A stretch of DNA of 64,000 bases from positions 124,001 to 188,000 of the IMG/VR virus record IMGVR_UViG_3300042261_001312; one strand, 5' to 3'. This document shows, one piece after another, positions 38,247-49,378 of the stretch; the first letter of the stretch is position 1; the number at the start of each line of letters is the position of its first letter. The translations under genes were made by a program, and so were the position numbers. The notes beneath the pieces are model-generated. The model was given only the letters and a program-made list of their open reading frames with translations, ran no database searches and was not told where the DNA came from.

Positions 38247-41200
38247 ATGGCAATAAATTTAAATGACAACTTCAAAATAAATGTTGGTAAGCCAATTGAT
38301 TCCAAATACTTATCAAGTGGTAACACCGCATACACATCAACTGGTTCAACTAATTTAACAATACCGATTAGTGAGAGATATCGTGGTTTAACGGTTAACA
38401 TTAATGGAGTTGAATATTGGTATAAAGATGGCGTAACCAATACAGATTTGGTTGAGAAAAAAACTGGTTCAGATTTGCCAGTTGGCGACTTTGTTACAGG
38501 TGCAACTAATTTAGGTTTTTTCAGTGGAAAGACTGGTGTACAAACATTGCCACTTAATCATTTACTTAGTGTCGATTATGATGGAAATTACGCCTCACTT
38601 TATAATTATTTCTACAGAGGTGCTGATGGAATAATATATATTGGAACACCAAGTGATGGCATTCCAAAAAGAGGATATGTAAAAACATCTGAATATGTTA
38701 AGTCGTTCTTGTGGAACGAATATACTGGTAATGCAGATTTGGTTGGATGGATATTAATTGATGGAAATATTGCTGATCAACTCGGAACGTTTCAATATAG
38801 TGCAGTGCCATCATATTATGATGGAATTACAAAATTTCCATATACTGGAAATAGTTGGACAACAGGAAGTGCATATAATAACGGTTCAAACTTAGTGGTT
38901 GATACTGTTGTTGGTAGTTTAACAACGGGTAACACCGTAACGATTGGTGGTCCTGTTTATGCAGATTTGGTTGATAATAAATTAGAGTTTAGAACAATTT
39001 ATAGTAAAACTCCCGAAATTATTGCAATATCAAGTGATAGTTCATTCATATATCTTTCTGGAAATACTGGTACAGGAAAAGTAACTGGTGCAACAAATGG
39101 TTTAAAAACAACTGGCGATAAGAAAGTTGGATTAGGTGGTACTTTAACTGGAAACACTACAATTGATGGTGCAAATATAAATAATTTACAATTTACAAAT
39201 ATAAATCAATTTCAAGTAACAACCAGTGGTAGTTCAACATCATTCAGTTTGGATTGTAATAATATATTGATGGGTGTTCGTACTGAATCAATATGCATGG
39301 CTGGTAGTGGTGGTTTGAAATATGGTGCTAATTATAGTGCAAGTTATGATGATCGTTCATTGGTAGATAAAGGATATATTGCAGGTTTAATTACAACTGG
39401 AAATAATGGTATTGTAAAGACTGGTGTTAACTTTCATTTAGGAGGTACATTAACAGGTAATACAACAATAAGTGGTTTAAATACACATGGATTATCTTTA
39501 AATTGTTTATCATCTTTTAATGTTGGATTTAATGGTGCGTCAATAATCACTGATTATGGTAATGTTGGTGGTTTGAAATATGCTGCAGATTATAGTAATC
39601 ATTTTACAGAACGTTCAATTCCAGATGTTGCATATGTATCAGCAGTTGCAAGTGGTTTGAGACCTAAAGAAGCCGTTAATGTTGCTACAACAACATCACT
39701 CCCATATCCATATACTGGTTTAACCACAATTGATGGTGTTATGGTTCAAAATGGTTGGAGAGTTTTAGTTAAAGATGAGGTGGGTTCTCCACAGTTTAAT
39801 GGTGTGTGGATTGCAAGTAGTGGTGTTTGGACACGTGCCACAGATTTTGATGGTATTCCTGTTAGTGGTGAAACAACTTCGGGCACGTATATGTGGGTAT
39901 TAACAGGTAATACTAATCAAAATACTGCATGGGTATTAACTACCCCTGATCCAATATATATTGGATCAACGGCATTAAATTTTACATTATTTACTTTAAC
40001 GATTGATGTTTTAAGTGAGCCAAATTCTGGTATTGATATCACGATGTGTAGTGGTGCACACTATATTGCGCTTGATGATTTGGGGAAATGTGTTAGGCTT
40101 AATGCAATTACTGGTGGAACAAATGGAATAACAAATTATGATGGAAGAAATCTTTGTCTTGGTGGTACATTGAGTAGTGATGTTGACATTAATTTAAATA
40201 CTGGTTTTACATTACAATTAGGAACATTTTGTAGTGGTGGACAATTGAGCGTTGGTAATTACGCAGCATCTCCATCAGATGATAATATATGTATGTTATA
40301 TTGTAATCCTATTTCGGATTATATGGGTGCATTGTCAATTTGTTCAAATGCAACCACATACTTCCAAAGTTATTCAACTGGTGCAAGTAAACAGATGTAT
40401 TTTGACTATACGAATGCATTGCAATATGGCTCTGATTATAGTAGTAGTTATACCAATCGTACATTAGTTGATAAAGGATATGTAGATAGTAAAATATCTT
40501 GTTGTGCGGCAACTGGAACTACTGTTAATAATGGTTTAACTAGAATTGGTAGTAATATAAAACTTGGTGGAACGTTAACTGGTACAACTACCATAAATAT
40601 GAGTGGTAATTCATTTCAGATTTGTAATGGTACTAATAGCGGATTAATTTTAAATACAAATTGTGCAAAACTAATTGGTGACGGTAAATCGATTACATTA
40701 AACAACACCTCACTTCAATTATCATCGGGAATTGGAAATAATTTCACAATGAGCAGTGGTGGTACGGTATATGGTAGTACAGGTAGTACAGGTATTTGCT
40801 ATGACGGTGATTACTCATCTAATTTCACCAATCGTACACTTGTTGACAAAGAATTCGTTGTTAATGCGATTATTGCCAGTGGTACAACTGGAATTGGTGG
40901 CGGTAATGGTTTAGGTAGAGTTGGTAATAACATCACACTTGGTGGAACATTAACTGGCAATACAACAATAAATGGCAATAATTCATATGGCTTATTAATA
41001 TCTACAGATACCACAGAAGCGGGAAATTATGCAAAATTCTGTGTAAATAAAACAGGTACACTTCCATCAACAACTCTTTGTACTACAGACACAACCTATG
41101 GTGGAGTTTATTTAACACTTTCAGGCATCTCTGCAACGATTGGAAATACTGGCTATGGTTTCGGAGGATTTAAATATAATAATGACAATAGTTCATATTT

Positions 41201-42392
41201 TACAAAACGTTCACTTCCTGATGTTGCATATGTTACGGGTTTAACCACAACTTCTGGTGTTCAAAGTGCGAATAATGGTTTAACAAAAACTGGATCGAAC
41301 ATTCGTTTGGGTGGTGCTTTAACTGGTAATACTACAATTACAGGTGCTTACACATTAAATATTTGTGGTGGTGCACAGTTAAACACAACTTGTGGCTATC
41401 AAATTAGTGGTAATACTGTATTCAGACTATCACCAAATTCAGCGAGAGCAATTTTCATTGGTTGTGGTGCTGGTAATGATACGATGACTGGCTGTTATAA
41501 TCTTGCTGTTGGTAACTTAACACTTGGAAGCACTACAACTGGAAGTAATAACACTGCCATTGGTAATCAAGCAATGAGAAACAACACTATTGGTGACAAT
41601 AACGTTGCAATTGGTCGTTGTGTAATGTTTAGTAATGTTTGTGGTACTGACAACGTAGCATTTGGTTATCAAGCACTTTATAACAACTCATGTGGTTGTG
41701 GTAACGTTGCTAATGGATATAAAGCACTCTTCAATAATTTGAGTGGTACACATAACCTTGCTAATGGATATAACGCATTATATGCAAACACTACTGGATG
41801 TAATAACGTTGCATATGGATTATGCGCTGGATTTAATGCATTGGGTTGTGGAAACGTATTTTTGGGAGCAAATGCAGGTTTTAACGAAAATGGTTCAAAT
41901 AAATTATACATTGAAAATTCAAATACAATTAATCCATTAATTTATGGTGAGTTTGATACTAATTGTGTAATTGTTCACGGTGCATTTAAAACAAGCGGTG
42001 CAACTTCATTATTAGTTGCTCCTGTTAGTGGTACAAGTGCTGACCAAATATTAGTTTGGAATTCAAGTGATAAAGTAATTAAAAAAGTTACTCAGGCTTC
42101 AACACAAAATGTTGTTAATGTTTGTAATGTATCTTCAAATTATACAACAACGGCTAGTGATAGTTTTGTTGGTGTAAGTGTGGCTTCAACGATTTGTTTG
42201 TATAATAGTCCTGCACTTGGTCAAAAAGTAACAATTGCAGATATTGGGTCATGTGCATTAACTAACCCAATTATAATATGTAGTCCATTGGGAATCAATG
42301 GTCAACCATTTTCAACAATTAATACTGATTATGGTTCAATAACGTTTATTTACAATGGAACATTTTGGGGTGCAGTGGCATTTGTTAATTAA
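38247..42392 (+). CDS. Long tail fibre protein
   Basis: 1381 aa. Repeated NNGL...LGGTLTGNTTI modules, KEAVNVATT..RVLVKD domain, 17-aa NxAxGxxAL repeats, C-terminal adaptor domain. Confidence 0.8.
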   Translation: MAINLNDNFKINVGKPIDSKYLSSGNTAYTSTGSTNLTIPISERYRGLTVNINGVEYWYKDGVTNTDLVEKKTGSDLPVGDFVTGATNLGFFSGKTGVQTLPLNHLLSVDYDGNYASLYNYFYRGADGIIYIGTPSDGIPKRGYVKTSEYVKSFLWNEYTGNADLVGWILIDGNIADQLGTFQYSAVPSYYDGITKFPYTGNSWTTGSAYNNGSNLVVDTVVGSLTTGNTVTIGGPVYADLVDNKLEFRTIYSKTPEIIAISSDSSFIYLSGNTGTGKVTGATNGLKTTGDKKVGLGGTLTGNTTIDGANINNLQFTNINQFQVTTSGSSTSFSLDCNNILMGVRTESICMAGSGGLKYGANYSASYDDRSLVDKGYIAGLITTGNNGIVKTGVNFHLGGTLTGNTTISGLNTHGLSLNCLSSFNVGFNGASIITDYGNVGGLKYAADYSNHFTERSIPDVAYVSAVASGLRPKEAVNVATTTSLPYPYTGLTTIDGVMVQNGWRVLVKDEVGSPQFNGVWIASSGVWTRATDFDGIPVSGETTSGTYMWVLTGNTNQNTAWVLTTPDPIYIGSTALNFTLFTLTIDVLSEPNSGIDITMCSGAHYIALDDLGKCVRLNAITGGTNGITNYDGRNLCLGGTLSSDVDINLNTGFTLQLGTFCSGGQLSVGNYAASPSDDNICMLYCNPISDYMGALSICSNATTYFQSYSTGASKQMYFDYTNALQYGSDYSSSYTNRTLVDKGYVDSKISCCAATGTTVNNGLTRIGSNIKLGGTLTGTTTINMSGNSFQICNGTNSGLILNTNCAKLIGDGKSITLNNTSLQLSSGIGNNFTMSSGGTVYGSTGSTGICYDGDYSSNFTNRTLVDKEFVVNAIIASGTTGIGGGNGLGRVGNNITLGGTLTGNTTINGNNSYGLLISTDTTEAGNYAKFCVNKTGTLPSTTLCTTDTTYGGVYLTLSGISATIGNTGYGFGGFKYNNDNSSYFTKRSLPDVAYVTGLTTTSGVQSANNGLTKTGSNIRLGGALTGNTTITGAYTLNICGGAQLNTTCGYQISGNTVFRLSPNSARAIFIGCGAGNDTMTGCYNLAVGNLTLGSTTTGSNNTAIGNQAMRNNTIGDNNVAIGRCVMFSNVCGTDNVAFGYQALYNNSCGCGNVANGYKALFNNLSGTHNLANGYNALYANTTGCNNVAYGLCAGFNALGCGNVFLGANAGFNENGSNKLYIENSNTINPLIYGEFDTNCVIVHGAFKTSGATSLLVAPVSGTSADQILVWNSSDKVIKKVTQASTQNVVNVCNVSSNYTTTASDSFVGVSVASTICLYNSPALGQKVTIADIGSCALTNPIIICSPLGINGQPFSTINTDYGSITFIYNGTFWGAVAFVN

Positions 42393-42475
42393 TTTTATTA
42401 TTAAACACATTATATGGTCTATCAAACTTTTTATATATAAAATAACGGAAATAATAATAAAATAAACCAATAATT

Positions 42476-43222
42476 ATGGCTTTAATAACTAAATTAAACT
42501 TATCAAATTCGAAAGTTTATCAAGCAACTGGTGATACGCTAAATTTATCTGGCTCGGTTAACCATTGTTCAGACCAGTGGTTCACTTAGATATGGCGAAT
42601 TAAAAACATTTACAAATAAATATGATATTGTTGATGAAATTATGTAACTGGTTTAACCACTACATCAGGAGTTCAAACGACTAATAATGGTCTAACCAAA
42701 AATGGCACAAATGTTCAATTGGGTGGTGCTTTAACTGGTAATACTACAATTTCGGGTGCGTACACACTGAATATGTGTGGCGCAAAAATAAATTCGCAAT
42801 ATGGCTATCAAATCTGTGGGCATACAATTTTATGTATATCATGTCAAACATGGGGTTCAATCTTTCTTGGCTATCAAGCAGGTACGGCTACAACAACTGG
42901 TGTAAATAATACTGGTATAAACGGTGGTCTTACACGAATTACCAATGGTCAAGGAAACGTGGGTATTGGTTATTGTTCACTTTCACGTGTTACTAGCGGA
43001 AACTATAACGTTGGTTTAGGTTGGGGTGCGGGTATGAGTAATTGTGGTAGTTGGAATATTGCAATCGGTACTGAATCTATGTACATACAAATTGGCACAG
43101 GTAATTGTAACGTTGCTATTGGTACATGTGCAATATACGGTAACTGTACTGGTACTGATAATGTTGGATTAGGTACTAGTGCTCTTTATTCTAATCTTAA
43201 TTTTCTAATAAAAAATATATAA
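42476..43222 (+). pseudogene. Frameshifted, truncated tail-fibre paralog
   Basis: ATG 42476 MALITKLNLSNSKVYQATGDTLNLSG. Two frame changes (~42560, ~42640) are needed to join the track ORF 42719-43222, which stops mid-repeat at ALYSNL. Confidence 0.7.
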
Positions 43223-43295
43223 TATTGAGATTTTTTGATTTATCTTAGTATTTATAAAAAAGTATAAAAATTTATAATCAAATAAACTTTAAAAA

Positions 43296-44198
43296 ATGGA
43301 AAACGACAGAATTAGTGATAACGATAAATATATTATCTTTCATAGCGAAGGTGGACAGGGTAAGCAAATTCAGGCGACTGCAGTAATTAGAGCAATAAAG
43401 AAAAAATATCCAGATAGAAAAATTGTTTGGGTTACATCATGGGATGCGCCTGCATTTGGTAATCCAAATGTGTTTAGGTTTTTTTCACACGGAGAAGTGA
43501 GGTATTTCAAAGATTACATCAAAGATGATACAATCATAATGAAGCATGATCCATATAATGAAACGGATCATATTTTAAGAAAAGAGCATCTAACTGAAAC
43601 TTGGTGTAAAATGTTTGACATTCCTTTTGATGGAAGTAAACCAGAGTTGTTTTTAAACCCCAGAGAACTCGAAATTGCGAAGGATAAGATTAAACCAGAT
43701 GGTAGACCAATTATGCTAATACAAACGCATGGTGGTTCTCCTACGACACAATACTCCAAAAAATCTTGGTATAGAGATATGCCGATTGAGATCGCACAAA
43801 AACTTGTGAATTATTTCGCCAAATCATATAGAATTTTACATATTAGAATGCCAGAACAGCCTGCTTTGCAAAATACCGAAGCATTGAATTTACCATTAAG
43901 AGAATTATATGGCGTATTTCCATTATCATCAAAAAGATTATTTATTGATAGTTTCGCCGCACATGCTGCACGTGCACTTGATTTACAAAGCACGGTTTGT
44001 TGGATAGGCAATTCATCTAAAGTATTTGGATATGAAGAACATATCAACGTACAACCAAATGCAAATATTATTAATAAATTTGATAAATATACATATTTGG
44101 TTGATGATATTTCTGGTCAAATTCAACAATTTCCATATGATACAGTTAATCTTTTCGATATTAACAAAATTATTGAAGCAGTGAATAAACAAAAATAA
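43296..44198 (+). CDS. GT9-like (heptosyltransferase-type GT-B) glycosyltransferase
   Basis: GGQGKQIQATAVIRAIKKKYPDRKI, KPELFL, IQTHGG, FIDSFAAHAARA motifs. Own promoter motif and terminator. Confidence 0.65.
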   Translation: MENDRISDNDKYIIFHSEGGQGKQIQATAVIRAIKKKYPDRKIVWVTSWDAPAFGNPNVFRFFSHGEVRYFKDYIKDDTIIMKHDPYNETDHILRKEHLTETWCKMFDIPFDGSKPELFLNPRELEIAKDKIKPDGRPIMLIQTHGGSPTTQYSKKSWYRDMPIEIAQKLVNYFAKSYRILHIRMPEQPALQNTEALNLPLRELYGVFPLSSKRLFIDSFAAHAARALDLQSTVCWIGNSSKVFGYEEHINVQPNANIINKFDKYTYLVDDISGQIQQFPYDTVNLFDINKIIEAVNKQK

Positions 44199-44217
44199 CA
44201 AATTGTCATAGTTTTTT

Positions 44218-44250
44218 AAAATCCCGTCAAATTTGGCGGGATTTTTTGTT
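44218..44250 (+). terminator. Intrinsic terminator
   Basis: AAAATCCCGTCA/TGGCGGGATTTT plus T-tract. Confidence 0.8.
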
Positions 44251-44372
44251 ACATATAAATTGAAAAGTATTTATAGGTAAAATATGTCAATTAATAAGAT
44301 TATATCGAATCAATTTAATGAGATTCTTTACTTTACAAAACTATTTATTTAATATATACAAAAACAAATCGT

Positions 44373-47267
44373 ATGGCAATTTCAATTGATACAAAACTGA
44401 ATTTAAATAACAATAAATTTGAACAATGTGTAGGTGATACAATGATTTTATCTGGATGTACAGATATTCATGGCACATTTCAGGTTTCAAGTGGCGCAAC
44501 ACTATCTATATTACCCAATCGTGGAAATGGAAAGGTATTAACTTCTGATGCAAGTGGAAATGCTACTTGGCAAACTCCTGCACCAAGTGGTATTTTAACA
44601 GCAAATAATGGTTTAAATGTTATTGATTCAAACGTTCGTTTAGGCGGTGCTTTAACTGGAAATACTTCGATTACTGGTGCTTATACATTAAATATTTGCA
44701 ATGGTGCTAAATTAAATACTACTTGTGGCTATCAAATTTCAGGAACTACCATCCTTAGAACTGCACCAAATACAATTAGCAGTGTTTATATTGGTTGTAA
44801 TGCAGGTAATAACACCTCAACTGGAACAAATAATTTTGTAATGGGATGGAATGCACTTGCATGCAATACAACGGGTGGTGATAATCTTGCGATTGGTTTG
44901 ATGGCTCTTAATAATAATACAACGGGTGGCGAAAATATTGCAATTGGTCGCCAATCTCTTAATAGTAATACTTGTGGTTGGGATAATACTGCGATAGGTA
45001 GTCAAGCACTTTATAAAAATACCACTGCATGTAATAACATTGCAATCGGTCCGCAAGCACTTCAAAATAATACCACAACTAGTAATAATATTGCAATTGG
45101 TGCTACTGCACTTTATAGCAATACTGGGGGAACAAATAATATCGGTTTGGGATATCAATCGCTTTATTGTAATACAACTGGTTGTAATAATATTGCAAAT
45201 GGTTATTCTGCACTTATGTGCAATACAATTGGTTGCAATAACATTGCAATGAGTTATCAAGCACTTAGGTGTAACACAACTGGTAATAATAACGTTGCAT
45301 TAGGTTGTCAAGCACTTATGTGTAATACAACTGGTTGTAATAATATTGCAAATGGTTATCAAGCACTTTATAGTAATACTAGTGGTTGTGCTAATACTGC
45401 AATCGGATTTCAGGCATTATATTCTAATTTAACTGGATGTAATAACTTTGCTGTTGGTTATATGGCATTACGTAATAGCACAACAGGAAGTAATAACATC
45501 GCCAATGGTTTCAATGCATTGCGTTTCAATACAACAGGAAGTAATAATATTGCCAATGGTTTATGTGCATTATATTGCAACACTGGTGGCACATATAATA
45601 TTGCAATGGGTCAATATGCTCTATATGGTAATACGTGTGGTACACATAACACTGCAATGGGTGTGTATACTTTATATTGTAATACTTGTGGGTGTAATAA
45701 TTTTGCTGCAGGGTATTATGCACTTCATAGTAATACAACTGGTAGTTATAATATTGCATTAGGCTATACTGCATTATATTCCAATACAGGTGGCACACAT
45801 AATATTGCCAATGGATACCAAGCACTTTATAGTAATACTAAAGGAAATTATAATATTGCTTTAGGATGTAATGCATTATGTGCTAATACTTGTGGTTGTT
45901 ATAATGTTGCATTGAGTAGTGGTGCATTAAATAATAATACGAGTGGAAATAATAATCTTGCCGCTGGACACCAAGCACTTTATAGTAATACTTGTGGCTG
46001 TCTTAACACTGCAATTGGTTGTCAGGCATTATATTCAAATAAAGTTGGAAGTAACAATTTTGCAGTAGGCTATCAATCACTTTTTGGTAATACTAGTGGT
46101 TGTACTAATAGTGCAATAGGATATCAAGCATTGCGTTATAATACAATTGGTAGTGATAATTTTGCAATTGGCAATCAAGCACTTTATTATAATACTGGTG
46201 GTACAAGTAATACTGCTATTGGATATAATGCTTTATTCTATAATACGAAAGGAACTGATAATATCGCAATTGGCTGTCAAGCACTTAATTGTAATATTGG
46301 TGGTACAAATAATATTGGATTGGGTTATAGTACATTATATTCCAATAAAAATGGTAGTAACAATTTTGCAAGTGGCTATGCTTCTCTTTATTGTAATACT
46401 GGTGGTACTGGTAATGTTGCAATAGGTGGTTATACATTATTTGCCAACACGAAGGGAAATTATAATGTTTCGATTGGTTATGCGACAATGCGTAACAACA
46501 CGAATGGATGTTATAACGTTGCAGCAGGATATAACTCGTTGTGTAAAAATACAAGTGGTTGTCATAATGTTGCGATAGGCAATTTAGCATTACAAGGAAA
46601 CACGATTGGTTCTAGTAATTTTGCCATAGGCTCTGCTGCGCTTTATAGTAACACGGGAGGTACGGATAATATAGCAATCGGCTCTTCTGCATTATTTTTA
46701 AATTCAAAGGGAACTAATAATATTGCATTAGGTTGTCAAGCGGGTTATTTAAATATAACTGGGAATAGTAGTGTATTTATCGGAACTTGTGCAGGTTACA
46801 ACGAAACCAAGTCAAATAGATTATATATTGCCAATTCATCAACAACTTCGTTGATCTATGGCGAATTTGATAATAAGATAGTTAAGGTTGATGGGTGTAT
46901 GTGTATCACCAAATTACCTGCAAAAAGTACTGAAACAAATGTGGTGTTTATTGATACTGCAGGTAAATTAAGTTCAGGTGCTACAAGTGGTGGCAGTAGT
47001 TTAACTGTATCTATAATTACTGGTGCAACAAATGCAGTTAAGAACTATTTATATGTGTTAACCGCATCTTTGACATTAACATTGCCAGCATCACCATCGG
47101 ATGGGGATTCATTAAAAGTATCTAACTTATCAAATACTACGACAAGTGTATTGGGTAGAAATGGTAATAAAATTATGGGACTGTCTGAAGACCTGACAAT
47201 TGATAAATTAAACGCAGGATTTGAAGTAATTTACACAGGTTCTGCATATGGATGGGTTATAATTTAA
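44373..47267 (+). CDS. Tail fibre with long 17-aa beta-roll repeat array and C-terminal adaptor domain
   Basis: Roughly 38 NxAxGxxALxxNTxG repeats; C-terminus TLPASPSDGD...RNGNKIMG...GWVII. Confidence 0.8.
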   Translation: MAISIDTKLNLNNNKFEQCVGDTMILSGCTDIHGTFQVSSGATLSILPNRGNGKVLTSDASGNATWQTPAPSGILTANNGLNVIDSNVRLGGALTGNTSITGAYTLNICNGAKLNTTCGYQISGTTILRTAPNTISSVYIGCNAGNNTSTGTNNFVMGWNALACNTTGGDNLAIGLMALNNNTTGGENIAIGRQSLNSNTCGWDNTAIGSQALYKNTTACNNIAIGPQALQNNTTTSNNIAIGATALYSNTGGTNNIGLGYQSLYCNTTGCNNIANGYSALMCNTIGCNNIAMSYQALRCNTTGNNNVALGCQALMCNTTGCNNIANGYQALYSNTSGCANTAIGFQALYSNLTGCNNFAVGYMALRNSTTGSNNIANGFNALRFNTTGSNNIANGLCALYCNTGGTYNIAMGQYALYGNTCGTHNTAMGVYTLYCNTCGCNNFAAGYYALHSNTTGSYNIALGYTALYSNTGGTHNIANGYQALYSNTKGNYNIALGCNALCANTCGCYNVALSSGALNNNTSGNNNLAAGHQALYSNTCGCLNTAIGCQALYSNKVGSNNFAVGYQSLFGNTSGCTNSAIGYQALRYNTIGSDNFAIGNQALYYNTGGTSNTAIGYNALFYNTKGTDNIAIGCQALNCNIGGTNNIGLGYSTLYSNKNGSNNFASGYASLYCNTGGTGNVAIGGYTLFANTKGNYNVSIGYATMRNNTNGCYNVAAGYNSLCKNTSGCHNVAIGNLALQGNTIGSSNFAIGSAALYSNTGGTDNIAIGSSALFLNSKGTNNIALGCQAGYLNITGNSSVFIGTCAGYNETKSNRLYIANSSTTSLIYGEFDNKIVKVDGCMCITKLPAKSTETNVVFIDTAGKLSSGATSGGSSLTVSIITGATNAVKNYLYVLTASLTLTLPASPSDGDSLKVSNLSNTTTSVLGRNGNKIMGLSEDLTIDKLNAGFEVIYTGSAYGWVII

Positions 47268-47290
47268 TATATAACTGAAAATATTAATAT

Positions 47291-48286
47291 ATGAGCAAAA
47301 TAAGTCAATTATTTGGTATTTTACCAACAAAAAGAAAAATATTTTCATCTGGTAATGCTATTATTGGTACTGGTGCAACAAATACACAGTCATATGGGTA
47401 TCAAATTGCACAACCACCATTTGGTTTTATAAATTCTGCATATGGAAACAATAAGTTTGTGACTTGTACAACTACTACTTCACAAACGTATTATATGAAT
47501 AGCGGTGGAACTATTTGGACTGCTGGCGGTACGTTGCCTACAAGTCAAATAAATACAATGATTGCATTTGGTGCTGGATTGTTCGTTATAATTCAAGGTA
47601 GTGATAATACAACATATTTTACTTCTCCTGATGGGGCAACTTGGACAAGTAGAACTTTAACTAATTATAGTAACGTATATTCATATATAACATTTGTTGG
47701 TGGTTTATTTTTTCTATACAATAATGCTGCGAGATTGTTAACATCGACAGATGGTATAAATTGGACACTTTCGGCAATTTTATTCACCAATACAGTATGT
47801 TATACGGGAGGATTGTATATCGCAACAGTGTTGTATAGTAAAACATATTATACATCACCAACAGCGGCTAATGGCACATGGACAACAAGAACTATTAATG
47901 TTGGAACATATAATGTAAATTATCTAGGCAGTGCTCTAAGTAGTAGTAGCATATTGGCAGCATATTTAACTAACTATACTAGTATTCCCTATCTATTATT
48001 TACAACAAGTGATGGCATAACTTGGACATATAGAGCAGATGTTGGAACATACATGGGAATTAATCAAGGTGGGTATTTTTCACCAAATTTTGTAATTTGG
48101 TATGGAAGTTATGTGCTTTTTTCATCGGATGGAATTTCATGGAAATTATTTACAATGCCGTCTACAATTCTTGCACCCGGGATATATATGATAAGTGGTG
48201 GCAATGGACTTGTGTTTAATAATAGCGGTAGTATAACAAATTTTATAAATTTTAATGGATACGAAATTGTATACGAAAGACAATAA
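47291..48286 (+). CDS. Putative fibre-tip adhesin with Asp-box/BNR-like repeats
   Basis: Repeated TSxDGxxWT; N-terminus MSKISQLFGI..TKR.IF shared with the next gene. Confidence 0.6.
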   Translation: MSKISQLFGILPTKRKIFSSGNAIIGTGATNTQSYGYQIAQPPFGFINSAYGNNKFVTCTTTTSQTYYMNSGGTIWTAGGTLPTSQINTMIAFGAGLFVIIQGSDNTTYFTSPDGATWTSRTLTNYSNVYSYITFVGGLFFLYNNAARLLTSTDGINWTLSAILFTNTVCYTGGLYIATVLYSKTYYTSPTAANGTWTTRTINVGTYNVNYLGSALSSSSILAAYLTNYTSIPYLLFTTSDGITWTYRADVGTYMGINQGGYFSPNFVIWYGSYVLFSSDGISWKLFTMPSTILAPGIYMISGGNGLVFNNSGSITNFINFNGYEIVYERQ

Positions 48287-48292
48287 TTAATT

Positions 48293-49348
48293 ATGGCAAC
48301 ACTATCAAATTTAAGCGGAATATCGCAGACAAAGCGCAATATATTTGCGAATAATCCAGCCACAATTGGAAACCCAATATTAACAGATTCTTTGGGGGCA
48401 ACGTTACATTCACTAAATTATAGCAGGAATTATACTGCTGCCACATATGGTAATGGGTTCTACGTATTCGGAGGAATGAATGATGAAGCAGGTTATGAAG
48501 GATATGTTAATTATTCAGATGGAACTAATTGGACTGGATTTTGGGGTGCAGCAGGTACATATTATCCATATATTGCATTTGGTGCTGGCAGACATCTTAT
48601 TGCATCAAATTCTACTACGGCGGGATATTATTCTGCAACATATGGTGCGGTTTATGGTACTACATTTCCTGCAACCCCATCAGGATTATATTTCTTAAAT
48701 AATCAATTTATTCTTACTTCTGGAAGTAACATATATACATCTGCAGACGGTATAACTTGGAGTTCAGCCAAAGCAACTCCAGCGTCCTTTGTTAAAGTGG
48801 GATATGGTAATGGATTATATATTGGAACGGATAATGCATATCCAAGAGTATTTACCTCAACAGATTTAACAACATGGTCAACTAGAAATTTTGCTAATTT
48901 TTCATATCCTTCATTTCAGTCTTATTGTGTGGCATATGGTAATGGAAAATATGTTGTATTGGGTAATACGTGGTATTATGCAACAACAACAAATGCATTT
49001 TATTCAACAGATGGAATAAATTGGACTGTAACAACAATGCCTCAATCAAGAGGATGGAGAAGTGTCGTATATGCCAATAATTGTTTTGTGGCTGTTGGTG
49101 CGAGTGCAGGTCAAATTGGTTCAAATACGGCAACAGGACCGAGTTATTACGTAGCATATTCACCTGATGGCATAAATTGGTCGAGTAAAAAAACTACAAT
49201 TAGAGCAGACTGGGGATTTGTTAATTATATAAATTCAAAATACATATTAATGCCTGAGACAATTTATGTTGACGATAGTACTGTCGGAAAAGGTAATGCT
49301 GCATATTGGATGGATGCAACTGCAATGGAAGTTGTATATCAAGTATAA
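48293..49348 (+). CDS. Putative fibre-tip adhesin paralog with Asp-box/BNR-like repeats
   Basis: Repeated YSxDGxNW and AYGNG; N-terminus MATLSNLSGISQTKRNIF. Confidence 0.6.
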   Translation: MATLSNLSGISQTKRNIFANNPATIGNPILTDSLGATLHSLNYSRNYTAATYGNGFYVFGGMNDEAGYEGYVNYSDGTNWTGFWGAAGTYYPYIAFGAGRHLIASNSTTAGYYSATYGAVYGTTFPATPSGLYFLNNQFILTSGSNIYTSADGITWSSAKATPASFVKVGYGNGLYIGTDNAYPRVFTSTDLTTWSTRNFANFSYPSFQSYCVAYGNGKYVVLGNTWYYATTTNAFYSTDGINWTVTTMPQSRGWRSVVYANNCFVAVGASAGQIGSNTATGPSYYVAYSPDGINWSSKKTTIRADWGFVNYINSKYILMPETIYVDDSTVGKGNAAYWMDATAMEVVYQV

Positions 49349-49378
49349 AATAATTTAAAAACAAAAAAATAGAAAAAT

